A DNA stretch of 60,013 bases, filler included, from Sphacelaria rigidula (GCA_964200075.2; 10 parts of 10 records of this genome joined end to end with filler, not necessarily neighbours in it); one strand, 5' to 3'; counted from the first letter of the whole stretch, positions 24,697 to 39,000 are shown. A program made the numbers and translations. The notes: generated from the sequence alone by a model not told the origin.

Positions 24697-26368
24697 CGGA
24701 AACTTGATTTGATGTTGAAACGAGAAGAAATGCACCGGATATTTGAGTTACGCAACGGAACTTTTTGGAAAAGTTACTTGGACTACTGTACCCTGGGATG
24801 CGTATATGTTCTATGCTCTCAAGCGTCCTGTGCCCTCTCCCGGAGGTCCCCATGCCAGGACCCCCCAGAAGCCGGTAAATAGCGGGAAACTTTGAACTAC
24901 CCTTTCCAAATACGAATTTTCATGTGGGGCACCAGAACGTACCGAGCTGCCAAGTTTGAGGGCTACCTGAGCGTTCCGAAGACGGATACAGTCAGAAAAT
25001 TCTTGAGGAAGCGTTCTGGGTCTATGGTGCGTATCATGAGTATCAATCCGGCGACGCCAGAACCCGACATCACCGAAATGCCGCGGTTTGGGGTATAATT
25101 CTATCCCACAAGGAACGTTTCTACATCTGTTTGTTTTGTTATATTCCCGAGCTACTAGCGGTTACTAGGAATTGAAGTATGTCAAAATTGGGTAGAAATC
25201 GAGCCGATAATTTGTACTTTCAATCTCGGAATATTGTGCATTTTCGCTCTCAGCACGATGGCTACGGCCTTCAGCGAAAATCCGACTATGTCACCCTGTT
25301 TAGTTATCCATCGCGGTCAGTATGACACCTTGTACGCGACTTTTTGGGTAATTATTGCGGAAGACATCCGGTGATGACACACTTTTTGGTTCATCAGCGT
25401 GAACCAGTCCGTATTGCACTTTGCACACAAGGAAATGTCCCCTCCCACGGCGACCATGGCTCAGTTTCGCCTTGTGCGCGCGATGATCGCGATTGATTTA
25501 TTTGTTGACTTATCGGCGACATGGTTCGATGAAATAACATCGTGCGTCGCTTGCAGTGTGATATCCTCGAAGCGAAGTCGGGTGCTTTGAGCGTGGCATG
25601 TGCCCACTGGCCGACCCAGCTCTCTGGCCCGAGGCGATGCACGGTGCTTCGATATGTTTCCGAGGACGGTACTCCACCTCCAGGAATGGAGGTGAGTAAA
25701 CTGGAGATATCGAGCTTGGCGGGGGGGAAGGGGGGAGGGGGAGGGGGGGGCAGGGTACTCATTTATTGCTCACCGTAGCCGTTAGACCATTGGCCACGCA
25801 TCCCTTTCGAGATATGATGGCAATGCAGCAAAAAGCACAAGACGAACGTGGAATTTCCAACTTGTTTCACGCATGACTTGTGGCACGAGAAGACGGCGGG
25901 GGGGTCTACTGAAGCCATGACCTTGCTGCCTGCCACTAAGGTTGTCCGGCGCAAGGCGTACTATTTGAGTTATTTTGCATATGATGCCGATCCACAGAGA
26001 TTCACAAAACAAAAACCAGCATTTTGGCCCCAAGGGGTGGAGGCGGGAACAAGAGCATACGCGGGCCGTCGTACGAGGGGGGAGTAAGCTGTGTTGCGTT
26101 TATATGTGCTTTGGGATACGCTTGCTCTTCAAGGTTTCGACAGTCATATCTGCATCTCGTTCAGCGAATCAGTTTCGCGAGTCTGGGACAAATCGAGTCA
26201 TTCTTTCTTTTTTTAACTTCCTCGAGTTTAATTTTTCTGCATCGAGTATTTCGGACGGGTCGGCTACGACAGCTGAAATGGTGCAGCGCGTGAGTATTCG
26301 TCCTTCAAGCGTTCACGTTGTGTATTCCTCGAGTGCGTGATGATATATTTCACATCCTGGATGACAGG

Positions 26369-27652
26369 TTACGTTGTCGGAAAGTGTGCTGGGTACAGTA
26401 TTGGACGCGGCTGGAGATGTCGGGGATGAGTTAAAGGTGGACGATTTATCGCACCCTGGACAGCAGATTACTTTTCACAACGTTTTCATGAAATTGAGAG
26501 CAGAGCGCTGATTGAGAGTGGCTTTGGTAATTCGCTTTAACCTAGCCATTTTTCATTCTGTGTGTGCTTTCCTTTACCTCCATCACTAGCGTGTGCTTAC
26601 ACCTACACGTCGATATCCTACTCACAGATATCAAGGGCCTCAGTGGCAAGCTGCTACAGAAAGCATATCGGGCCTCGTGGAGGGGGCCTTTCGGAACTGA
26701 AACGCTTCTTACACTTTTTGACCGCTTTTCACTCTCAATCGTATCCTCTACTCTCAATCTCACGAAAACATTGTTTTTTGCAGAAAAAAATGTATTGCGT
26801 ATAGTATGGGATCTATTGTCTGCTGTGATATAAGGAATATTTGATGCTGCACGCAGTACACTTTCGTCAATGCAATATATTGTCATTGTCCAGGCTGTGC
26901 AGTACATTGATAAATCGGGCTCTCCCGGAAATCTGGTCGAAAAATCAAGGAACGAGATAGATGGATGAATCAATCAATGATGTCCGCATACTCACTTACA
27001 TGACAGGACGCGGAGGCCGAGACGGGGCGAGAGCCGGACCCCCGGCCAACGATCGTTTTCAGCACAATCGACCACCCCATTATGCGGGAGTGGGCCTTGC
27101 CCGGGGTGGACGTGGAGGTGTTTCCTTCCGGCTTGGTGCTAGAGGAGATGGATTCCACAGCGGTGAGTGCGTGAACTCTCATGTGTACGAGGCTTCGGGT
27201 GGAGAATTTGGAACCGTTTTTGACGTCGATGATACCACAGACGGAGGTTCATTCCGCAGCAATACTCACGTGCACAAATTTCCCGAGATATTGGTACTGG
27301 TACACATGTAGGGAATGTTGTGAGCGCGCAATATTTTACTTATCGGTACTTGGTCTCTTGTACATGTTCATGTGGACACTGGTACTTACTTCGCTGTACA
27401 TGTGCACGTAGGCTATGCACTGTAAACATTGTGGTGCAATTGGTTTCCATAGTTCCCTTACCCTCACATCGTTTTTCCCTCGGAACATATCGTGCGCGAC
27501 ACGTTTTTGTGGTTTCGGATGCTATCGTGATGATCTAGGGACCGGTGACAAGAGTCAGCGGTCTCATCGGTTGGGATAACAAGGGCACGCTGCAGCACAT
27601 GGCCAAGATGGGCTATCTCTCGGAAAGGGGCGACCGCCTAGACGGACTTGCG
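26369..27652 (+). pseudogene. Spliced ORF of unknown function; clean exons 27007-27162 and 27539-27652, upstream candidate exon from 26369 with an in-frame TGA
   Basis: CAG|DAEAETGREPDPRPTIVFSTIDHPIMREWALPGVDVEVFPSGLVLEEMDSTA|GTGAGT and TAG|GPVTRVSGLIGWDNKGTLQHMAKMGYLSERGDRLDGLA|GTGAGC are both phase 0. No domain was recognised. Confidence 0.45.
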
Positions 27653-29074
27653 GTGAGCTAAATAGTCGCGTTTTTCAGTACATTTTTTTTCTGTCGTTAG
27701 TTATGCGTTCGTTCCTCGTGCTTTCCCTTGTCCAGACGAGGCTGAATCTTGAAGGAATCAATCTTGGCCCTCCCCCTTTGGGTCTGGGAATGAAAAGTAT
27801 TTATCCGATCTGAAATCCTAAGTGGAAGTTGGAAGGCGAAGTGTTTGTTGAGGCTGGACCAAAACCTGAGTTTGAATTAAACTTTCCACATTAACTACTC
27901 GGCAGACGTCATGGAAAAATTCGACTTTTTCAGGTTTAAACCGAGCTGACAACGTTTTTTTTTTTTTTCCTTCTAATTTTCTTGTTTTTACGTTTTGATT
28001 TTGGCCTGCCGATTGATTCAAGTCACGTGCGGGGGGGAATAATCGATCTTGTTTAGTTCGGACAGTAGCAAGCAATTTTATTATCATGTTTCCCAGCTAC
28101 ATGGGCCGGCGAGTCAAATCATTTTCCATTGAAATTATGATATATACATTACCGTCGCACCTTGAAAAAATCCCCCTGGGATGTAGTTGTGGTGACATGA
28201 TCACATGGTGAGATATGCCCAAGATGACAAGAAATGTAAACACTCGCTGAAGAAAAGTGAAGAACACAGACCGACGGGAGAACAGACGAACAGAGTAGAT
28301 TGAGAAAGAAGAATGATGGGCTGAGTGAGTGGCGTGCACCCTTTTTTGTTACGGAAGTTCGAAAACGTTTTGGATCTTTGTTGCAAGAGATTTGCACTAT
28401 TAATAGGTGTTGTGGAGAATATAATAATACGTGACACTCCGTCCGAAGAACCAACGCCAATCACACGATTTGATACATCCATTGAAGGGACGGTCAACTA
28501 AAACCACAACCATATTGGTGCGGATGTACTCACGTGAGAAACGTTGTCTTGTTGTTCCGGTCATGTCAGTTAAGCGACCACTTAGCTAAGCGCTATATTC
28601 TCATGTGAAAAACGTTTTTTTGTCGAATCATACATTTAGCAGCTGCGATATGCTCTTGTGCAAGGCGTTATCCTGGTGTCGTATCCAAGCACCAATCCAA
28701 CAATTAGCTGAATATATGTGTGGGTTGCGTGTTGTTACCCCACCTATTTTGGTTGCCAGTGTGAACCTCTTGGTAAACGTGGGCGCACAAACCGAGATCA
28801 AACAGAACGAAGGTGGAGTTGTTGTTGTTGTTATTATCATCATTGTTTTGTTTTGTTTTGTGGTCTCCACCCTCCTTGTGCGGTACTTTGCCCTTGCTTA
28901 TATCGCGAAGAGGGTTCGGCGGTCCCCTTCCTTCGTCAACAACAATGAAGTCGAACTTCGTGTCACACTCACACTCCCAATGTGTAGTCGCTCTCCACGG
29001 TCGGGCCTGACGGAGAGAAAATTCCCCAAATTCGATGTATAGCTGCCGTGTAAGAGACGAAAACACATTTGTCC

Positions 29075-29346
29075 GACCCTTATTACGATAGCCTTCCCCC
29101 CCCACCCCCCACCCCCCTAAAGAAGAAAAAGAAAGCAGCTGAAAAGTGTCACGAAAAAAATGGCCATACATCGCCTGATGTTTGGGATCAGGCTGCATTG
29201 AGTGCCTCATATGGGCGACATTGGCAAGAATGAGCCAAAGCGTGGGAATTACCAGCTGCTCGTTGTGCTCGGCTTTTACGTGACGGTTTTGCCTCGCCAA
29301 ACCAGGCACCTTTTGGGGGGGCGTGGGGTCTATCGTAGAATGTGTC
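29075..29346 (-). mobile_element. GACAC-TIR MITE copy, 4-bp TSD GTCC
   Basis: The body is the reverse complement of 7058-7306. GTCC lies at 29071-29074 and 29347-29350. Confidence 0.88.
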
Positions 29347-30058
29347 GTCCATCCGTGAAAATATCAATGTCTCGAACCATCACCCGATCCATCGTTCTTG
29401 TGGCGCACCCCAGCAACACCTTCGAGCGATGGAGAGCGGATATCGAGAGCAGGCGGAGAGCGAAGCAGCTGCGGCGTCTCATCCCGGCAGTAGTGCTGCC
29501 GCTACGGCGGGGGCGGGAAAGAAGCGAAGGCCAAGCACCGACAAGGATACTTTCGGCGGTTCAGGTGAGAAAGCCAGGAGCGGTGGCTGATGTAATCAGT
29601 TTAGCACGGGTACGGGATATCCGTCGAACTCTACAGGCTGGTTGAACTGTCAACGGCCGAAAGGTACTCTCCAGCGATGTGAAGACCCCGAAATTCTGCA
29701 CGTGGGTGCGCTGACATAGTTAGAAGAGCTGGATGAAAAGGGTTTCCAATTTTTGCTCTTGTTTTTCGCCAGATATCCGGGGTCGTGAGAGTGACAGACC
29801 GCCTTCTAGGACCCCGGATACGTCGTGGAAAAGGATCAAGGGTAGGTCGAGTAGAGTATACTCAATTGCGGGGTATTTTGAAAGTCGTACCTAACGTACA
29901 CAAATTGGGGGTAGAATTTCAGAAAGCGCATTCCAGCTATATTTTTGGTACGACTACCNNNNNNNNNNNNNNNNNNNNNNNNNNNNNNNNNNNNNNNNNN
30001 NNTTAATTAATTAANNNNNNNNNNNNNNNNNNNNNNNNNNNNNNNNNNNNNNNNNNNN

Positions 30059-30151
30059 CGGGTTTTTCCATTCGTATTTCCTTAGATTTTTTGTCCCCCC
30101 AAACCCCGCCCTTTGGGGGGGGGGGGGGGGGGGGTTATCGTAATAAGTGTC
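30059..30151. mobile_element. End fragment of a GACAC-TIR MITE
   Basis: A G-run followed by ttatcgtaataagtgtc forms the terminus, next to the contig start. Confidence 0.65.
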
Positions 30152-30449
30152 AATCGTAGCTTCATCATTGTTCGTACTCAAGCACCCACCTCCGACATGC
30201 GACTTTCTTGAAAACATCTGCCGGTACACTGTCCGCTTAAAATCATGAGCGTGTCCGAACTTTCCTCCTTGTTTCTGCAAAACTAAAGATTTTTGAGGGA
30301 TCGACTTGCCGTCCTCCTCGAAGTTGCCGCCGACGTTTGGAGCGCCGACCGCCGACCTTGGGAGGGAGCTCGCACGACGTTCAGACCAACCAATGTTGCG
30401 AGCCAATTACGAAGCAAGAAGACTGGGGAACGCCGCCGGCTTCGCACCG

Positions 30450-31600
30450 ATGTAAGCGGGCTTCTGTCCCCCAAAGCACCCCGGCTACAGCGGGAAATGT
30501 ACTTGTTGGACTCTGGGGCGGGACCACGGCGATTCTGGGAGGCCATCGGCGGTCCACGGTTCGTTGATACCACGTGGGACGTCGATGTTGAGGTGCGGTA
30601 GGAAAGTGTGGCGGGGGAGGAAGAAGCGGTGTGATTGTTGTTTCGGGCCGTGACGATGAGACTAGCAATTCGGCAGGATACGGTTTCGCGGTGGCATTTT
30701 AGAGCGACAGCGGATTTTGTGGAGTACCAGATTTATTTGCTAAGATAGGTGAAATTCGACCATGTTCGGTCCCATCCACTTCCTCCAAGACTTTCGAGAA
30801 ATCATGAGGTCCTTGCTCAAACTGCCGCTTCAATCCACTGTTTAGAGCTTCGTCCCCCTCTTCATAGTAATACAGGCGTCGCTTCTGACTCCGGGTGCGA
30901 CCGTATTGAAGCTCCCCAGTTGTACCTCGACCCGGCCATAATACTCTCGTGATCAACTGCTGTCCTTTCCGAAACGGCAGATGCTGAAGGACCAACTGTG
31001 GAAACTGTCTCTGCTTGTCAGGGGTCAAGATAGAGATCGAGATCGAAGGCAAGGCCTAGCCCTCAAGCGGAGAGATCGTCTCCGTCGCGCTCTAGACCTG
31101 CGAGTCTACGAGATAATTCTGCTGCTCGTCCGCACGAAGCTGCTTCGAGATGGGGCCGATACTAACATATTGCCTTCTCAAACGGTGGCAACCTGTGCGG
31201 GTTTTCGATCTTCTCCTGCGGATGATAGCGCTGGATCCTTGCAGATGTTGCTGAATGCCACCGACGAAGCGATGCAGCAATCGGCGGGCGGCACGAAAGC
31301 TTCATAATCCGCGCAAGAATCACGTTTGTATGCACGATGCATACCACAGGTTGATTTGACTTGAATGCTGGATGATACCACCTGAGAATTATGCAGGGTT
31401 TCCAGAAACTGCTGGAGGCCGCTTGGGGAGAGGGGAATGAGTTTTCTGGGTGTTCCTTCCAACAAGCATTGCGGAAAGTAAAGGTTGGTGAAATTTCGGG
31501 GGGAACCATGTCCTTCTCTGTCGACAACGAAATGATGTCTCGACAGCTGCGGAGGGTTCCGAGACGCTGCTCAATTACTTGACCTGCCGAACAACACCCG
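30450..31600 (+). pseudogene. Highly decayed Ty3/gypsy protease-RT remnant
   Basis: LLDSGA at about 30500, ILPSQ...SP...GSLQM at about 31170-31250 and FDLNAG*YHLRI at about 31355 occur in the order and spacing expected for gypsy pol. There are many stops. Confidence 0.45.
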
Positions 31601-32149
31601 TACGTAGATTGCGGAATAACAGCGCGGGCCTGTAGCTGGTAGTATTGGGACTCTCGAGTTGTGTTCAGCGTTGCGGCGACAATGAAGAAATCCGAAAACA
31701 GGCTCGACAGGTCTCGTTGATGCGGTCGTCAAAAGCCCCGTTCGGTAGGGGATATGTATCGTGCGGAACTCAATAGATTTATGTGAGGATCCTCAAGAAC
31801 CTGCAATCGAGCACAAACTACATACAAGTGACGCTGAAACGGATATATAGCATCTCTATTGCACTTCCTGTTGTGTCGATTGGTGAAGTTTTCCTATTGT
31901 GTTGATCAGTGGGCCTTTTCTGTCCTGCCGAGTCATGGGCGCTTGGATACATGATTTCGACGGCTGCCCTCTACTTATATTTTGGTACAGCACTAGCATC
32001 GTCAATCTGAACGATGAAATGCCCTACGACACGGTGAAGCATGTCGGCCTCATGAGCCGGTATGCGCGGTCTGAAGCTCCTTAGAACGAATGAGGGAATT
32101 GATTACCATAGAGTGGTTGATTGATTGGCTGTCACACATTATTTGATAT

Positions 32150-33650
32150 ATTAAGAACACAGCCGCGATGACGAGATGAGCGTGACCGCGGTAAGTAGAT
32201 GGAAACACTTTCTCAACGAAAATCGAGAAACGGGGGGAAATGAAAGGGAAATGAGAAGCAACGAAAACAAGCTAAAGCAAAACACGGAAAGGAAACTTGA
32301 ATTGAGATGGAATCCGATTCGTACTCGACCGACGAAATCCGGATTTCCGAAATCCGAATATCCGATCCGCGCCCCCCTTTCAAACCCGCGGATACGGGTA
32401 ACGGGAACCCTGTACGACGATATATACCAAATACGTTGCCGATACGCCGATACGCAATGCATCGATTCGCAATGCACAATAGCAGTCGTTCAGCAGACGC
32501 TAGAGTTATCATGTGGATATAATACATCTTTGAAACCTTTTCAGATCCACAGCTCCGATCCAAGTGTACTTTTGGCCACACATTCCATTTGTAAGGGAGA
32601 GGGGAAAACAACAAGAGAAATGCCAGGCTAAAGTCTAGCTCTAATCCCGAAAGCACCCCGAAGGGTCTCTGCCAGGGCTTCAAGAAATGAGGCCATATAA
32701 AAAGCAACGCTGTGGGAGCGGATGTCGACTCAGCTACCTGGGGACCGCACAACTTCGCAGGAACTGTCACTTATCAGCTCTGCTGGAGGCAGACAACATG
32801 AGTGCGGTCACAAGGACGAAAGAGGAAAGGTTCTTCCCGGAAAATTGCGAACTTTTGAAGACTGGTTTGGGGTACAGTAGTACCGACGGTACAGAGTAGC
32901 GCTAAAATATGATACATCACCATGCCAACGCTTGACGTGTTACGAGTTATAGTTCATATAACAATGGAGCGAAGCACGTCGCTTCACGGTCATCTGACAT
33001 AGCGTGAGCAACAGCTTTTGTCTTCCCGTTCATCACGGGGCCCTACCAACTGCAGTCCGTTAGTAATGCCTCCCCGCCCCCCCGTCACCCTTTGGAGCAA
33101 TGGCTTATGATGGGAGAGGCCGAAGGAGATGGGACTATGAAATTGCCGAAGGTGTATGACAGATTTGTGCATGTGAACGAGAGATTTGTCCAAACTTTGA
33201 AACTCCTGGCTACGTATCTGTCACTTCGAACTCTTCAGCTGATTGTTAAAAAAAAAAACGCAATGATGAATTGTTTTTTCACACATGAAATTCGGGAAAA
33301 ATCACCCATAACAAAGCTCAAGGTATCACATGCCGAAACGGGAGAAGCAGTGAAACGGCAGATCTGCTCAGCCTCGTGATGTGACGAAGCTTGAAAGACG
33401 CTTGCGGAGAGAAACCAAGCTCTATCCTGCGTTAGAAAAGCAGCACTTTTGGAATCGAACTGTCGGTTATTGGAAAGAGCTGATTTTCAGGTCGGCGAAA
33501 CGCTTAGGAAGCAAACGTCTGGAAACTCATGTAAACGAGCTACGCTCCTACCTCGGCCAACATGCACTCTGCTGTTTTACTCGAGTTCACCTTTTATAAG
33601 AGGCGACATGAGTGAAGCGATTAGACAGAACGTACCTGGGTAACTGTCGT
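32150..33650 (+). pseudogene. Probable decayed hAT transposon: subterminal ATCCG/AAACGG-type repeats followed by transposase-like fragments
   Basis: Clustered atccga, ccgatacg and gaaacgg motifs at 32200-32470. PVTLWSN (TRWNS-like), LYPALEK (LDP-like) and ELRSYL follow in the expected order. Confidence 0.35.
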
Positions 33651-35251
33651 ACCCTGCAGTGTTGCATCATGCCGAATTTGTAGGTAGATGCATGATATTG
33701 TTCATATTGTTGGTCCGAATACTGTCGGCAATGCGAGCGAGTTCAAACCATTCTAGTATAAATGAGCGATACAGGCGGCGCAAGTTGTATGTGGCCCTAG
33801 GATATCGACGGCATGTGGCGTGTAGTTAGACACTCCGATGACGACGCTATTGGAACGCAGAGGTATGGACGTGGTATCCCTAGACGTGATTATCAAGGTA
33901 TTGAACCGAAACACTGAGTACAATGACATGGTGAATATCTCCGTCCCTGATAAACGTGATAGTATGACACATTTCGCACGCGATAGGACCTACAAAAACA
34001 ATGCGTACTGTTGAGGTGTGCGTGCATTGGTGCGAGTCTGTCAAGTATTCGTTATGGTGTTCGTATGGATGCAGAAGCTTTATTTCTTACAATTGCATGT
34101 GTGTAATGCGGCGTAACTATCTGTAGTGAGATATTCGTATGTGAGCGTGTATGATGAATAATTCTTCAGTATTTTGTTCCCAGCTTCTTGCTCAAGCGCT
34201 AAGCCTCCCCACGAGATCCAAGGAAGGCATATCCAGGACCATTACACCTGAGGTGTGACCGAGTGCAGCTTTTACTCTCACTTACCACACCAATTTCTGT
34301 CTCACCACAAAAACAAAAGACAGCTCGCACAGAGGGAGAACGCACAGCCAAGGATGGGGGAACCAGCGGCGGGTGAGTAAGAATGCTAAATGGCGACGTT
34401 CGCTAACTTTGAGCGTGCAAACCCAACAGCTGTGAAAGGCATTCCTCCTGGGGGAGAGTAGACGTCTCTTCCAAACTGTGCCACCGACTGAAGACCTCTC
34501 GGCACATGAGCGCGGATGAAGGTAATCCTTCCGGGGGAGTAGCCGTTTTTCCTGCTGACTCGACATAATCCCAACAAACCAATTCACAGGGTCCAATCAG
34601 GAGAGGGATAAAGATGACAGGACGTCTTGTCTGTCGGAAGGTCTTCTGGGCCTTACACATCGAACAGTGGCTTACTCACCAGCGCCTACGCTGATTCGAT
34701 AATATATACCAATAAAAGGGTCCATAATCATTAACAACAACAACAACAACGTCCGTGCGGCCACGAGGTGCGAGGAAGCATCCGAGTCGCTCGCGCGCAT
34801 GACCCATGTTCTATGTAGTGTCGGAACATGCATTCTCAGCAGCTCGTCACACAACTGCCTCTACCGGATCCGCCGTTATTTTGGTTCGATCGAGCGCGGG
34901 CTTTGGTGGACCAGCGGCCTCCGAATATGACCCCATCGTCGTCAGTGTGAAGCATGCCTTGACGTGCCAGTTCCAGGACTTCATCCTGCGCTGAGACCTT
35001 ACGGGTTCCTACAAGCCGAAGGAACCCTACTTCTTTTTTTACCTTGACAAAGTGAGGAAACTCTACCCAACACGTACCCCGCAAGCGGGTTTATGTACCG
35101 ATTATCCGAAGGCCCGGCTAGACTGTCTCGCGGCAATGATGTGGGGAAAGCGCCTCGAGCGCTAGCAAGCTTTGCTCAAGGTCATGTGGGGGGTGCTCCT
35201 ACTGTAATCTCCTATCAACTTGGCGCCGTGCACGCGCCGCCATGCTCTTAT

Positions 35252-35498
35252 GACACTTTCTACGATAGCCCCCCCCCAAGAAGTGCATGGTTCTGGGAGG
35301 CAACATCTTCACGTAAATCGAAATGGAAAAGCGTAGTCCAACGAGAAGCTGGGAATTCCAACGCTTGGGTTCGTTCTAGCTATGTCACCAGTGTGAGGCG
35401 CATCATGCAGCCTGAACCCGAACATGAGGCGCTTTATGGCCATTTTTTTCGTGACACTTTTAGGTGGTTTGGGGGGGGGAGCTATCGTAGAAAGTGTC
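35252..35498 (+). mobile_element. GACAC-TIR MITE copy, TSD TTAT/TTGT
   Basis: Both TIRs are intact and the body is colinear with 7058-7306. Confidence 0.9.
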
Positions 35499-36069
35499 TT
35501 GTGAGTTTCGGCCCTAGAAGGAATCCTATACCTGAGCGTGGAAAAGGTCAGTCATGCTATTATTTAAGGATGACTGCCCGGCAAACAGGCTTCGCCCCTT
35601 GTCCTCGTGCCGAGTTGGTAAAGTCGGTCTCCTGTTGGTCGATATAAGGAGGTGAACCTACGAGGCAATTGCTTGGGTAATAATGATGAAGACGCGTCTC
35701 GTCACTGTCTTGCACTGTTGTGCAAGCTTCATCTGAGATGCGGGCTTCTATCTTGAACATTCATCTGGGATCTGAGCGGCATGCAGTAATGTGTTTTGAC
35801 GAACATACCACTGAGGAATCAACAACTAGCGAGAGACAAACAGTGACAGGAACTCAGCAGTACAGACAAAACCAAGAACACGGTAAAGAGAAGCCTGCGA
35901 CGGTTTAAGAGACAACCAACTAGACTACTGACCAGTCAGCGCTGACTGTTCAGTAGTCTAGTTGGTAGTNNNNNNNNNNNNNNNNNNNNNNNNNNNNNNN
36001 NNNNNNNNNNNNNTTAATTAATTAANNNNNNNNNNNNNNNNNNNNNNNNNNNNNNNNNNNNNNNNNNNN

Positions 36070-39000
36070 GCACCAACTGGCAGGGGTTGGTAAAGGACTG
36101 CTCCGCGGACACATCCAAGACGGCGAAGGGGTCAAACGCCTGGTTCAGATTTCGTGTTTGGTCGTGCCTGGCTTGGGGCGGAACTTGTTCTCCGTCGAAC
36201 AAGCGACACGGAATGGAGTTGTATCTATTTTCGAAATGAACAACCCATGACTCGAGACAAACAGCTTCACCGTTCCGCTAGAGGAACTGGAGAGCGACCT
36301 GTATTTCCTCTCTCTGGAACTAAGCCGCGGCATCGACGCATCTGGACTGGCTATGCAAGCCGCAGACGCCGCCACGCTGTGGCATCGGAAGATGGGACAC
36401 TTGAACAGCAATAGTTTGAATCTTCTCAAAAACGTCGGAAGCAACGGGGTGGATTTCGGTGGAGCCGTTCCGGACTGTGATATTTGTGCTGTTGGGAAAA
36501 GTCATCAACTGGCCCACCCGAAGACAGCCAACAACAAAGTGCAACGCGCTTTTCCACTAGTCATGACGGAATTGATGGAACCGATCATGCCGGAGGCGCT
36601 GGAAGGTGTCAAGTACGTCTGCAAGATCTCCGATGAGTATACCAGATGGACAGAGATTTACCTAAAAAAAACCAAGGACGGCACTCTTCATGCGTTTCAG
36701 TCCTACGTAGTCAATGGTCATTCCTGGCGGTGTTCGGGTCGAACGACTAAGGGTAGACAAAGGCGGTGAGTTTATTGGCAACGAATGCAAGTCGTACAGC
36801 CGACAGACGGGCATATTGCTAGAGTTTGCAAGCACCAATACACCACAAGAAATCAGCCTGTCAGAACGCGTAGGAAGGACGCTTGCAGCCATAGTCCGGG
36901 GCATGCTTGCTGACAGTGATTTGCCGACTTTTATCTGGGGGGAATTGATGTCCTCAACGGCCTACCTTGCAAACAGGTCACCGCATTCGGCGCTTGACAT
37001 GCAGTCGCCTCATAAGATGCTGAAGGGGACAGAACCGGATCTCAAACACGTTCGAGTCGTCGGAGCCAGGGCTTTCGTATATATCGAGCGGCATACTTCG
37101 AAACTTGCTCTCAAAGCAGTTGAAGGACAACTAGTTGGGTACAGTAATGACAGCAAGAGCTACCGAGTCTACAACCCGGCCACGCGACGTATCATTGAGA
37201 GCAGGAACGTCGTCTTCATCAAGATTCCGACACATCTTACCCCGACGGGAGAGCCACCACTTCGGATACACCTATTTTCACTTGGTGACCAGGACTCCAG
37301 CAACAGAGAGGGCCACAATTACGTCCCCGATACGACTTTTTCCGTGATCTTTGCGATCACACTCCGTACTAGCTAAACCGGCTTACGCCTCCGTTGATCA
37401 TATCACTGCCAGCGGGATCTCTAACGATCCACAGGTGGCCGAGCTTCTGGAGAGAATCAGCGCCATCACCACGCGAGGTATGCTGCACGACGATGACACA
37501 CCTCGTGAAAAGACGTCGCCGACAGCATCACCGGAGAGCTGTGCGCCGCTGGAACAAACTGCACCCCTTTCTCGAGACGAAGTTAGTCAGTCCACATCAT
37601 CAGCCGAACCACCACTGCTCAACCGCTCTCGACACTCTCGTCATCAAGTAACTCCCGCCGTGACGCGCGCAGGCATTGCAGCGCGCTACTTCAGGGAACG
37701 CAACACCAACAACGACGGCGCAGCTGCTGCGCACGTTTCAGCCACTGTGGACGACAAAATGCTCTCCGAGCTACGGCGACTGCAAATACACACCATCGCG
37801 CTCCTACCAGATGTCGTGCACCAGACGCTTGGGGCGGAATCAGTCGTGGAGTATGCTTACACAACTACCAACCTCTCGAGCTGTCCAGTGAGGAAGAAAA
37901 CCGAAATAATCTCAAACACGTTCAGTGAGGCCACGAGTCTGCCCGAAAAGGAACAGTGGAAGGCGGCATCAGATAAGGAGATGTATAGCCTAAGAAGGAA
38001 CAACGTGTATACTCTAGTGCCGTCGAGGTCCGTCCCAACTGGACACAGATTAATCGGGTCTCGATGGGTGTACAAGAAGAAGGCAGATATCTCGCACAAG
38101 GCCCGAGTCGTCGTGCAGGGTTGGGGACAAGTCCCTGGCGTCGACTGTAGCAGCACTTTCGCACCGGTCTGCAGGATCCAAAGCATCTGCATGGTATTAG
38201 CTGTAGCGGCGGAGTATGACTTGAAGTGTTGGTAATTGGACTATAATACCACCTTTCTGAACGCCGAACTCAAGGAGGAAGTGTACGTCAACATGGTGCC
38301 AGGATACGAGGAGTTTGACGCCGATGGAACTCCGATGGTAATGCGGCTCCACAAAAGTCTCTATGGCCTCCGTCAAACTCCAAACTGCTGGTGGGGAACG
38401 GTCGACACACACCTGGCGGAGATTGGATTCAAGAACCACAAGTCGGACCCTTGCGTGTACATATACCAAGAGAGCGGCGACGTCTACATTTTGACTTTAT
38501 ACGTCGATGATGTCGTACTACTTGGGAAGGATCAAGCATAAACTGATAGGACGTTTCTCGATGACGGACATGGGAGATGTGTCGTTAGTGCAGGGAATGG
38601 AGGTTGTTCCTGATCGTGTTAGGAAGACAGTCACCATCAGCCAGAAAAGTTACACCAAGTCCCTCCTGGAACGATACGGTATGGCGAATTGCAACCCAGC
38701 ATACACTCCTGGTGTGGGACAAGAACTGTCACTGGACCAGCCGAGGGAGAAAGCTTTGAACGAGGATGACAAAAAGCGTTTCCAGGCCATTACGGGCTGT
38801 GTGATGTATGTCGCTCACGTGACACGCTACGGCGTTGGATACGCCGTGAATCAACTGGCGCGGGCGATGTCCAATCCGTCGAAGGCGCATACGGCAGCTG
38901 CAAAACACTTACATCGATATTTGGCCGGCACTACAGATCATGTCATAACCTACAACCAGGGCGGTTTCCAATTGACGGCGTTCTCAGATGCGAACTGGGG

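Noticed and set aside
27280..27420. GGTACT/TACATGT repeats as a CRISPR-like or structured array
   Set aside because: The units are irregular and degenerate, with no constant repeat-spacer period, in a eukaryotic intron context.
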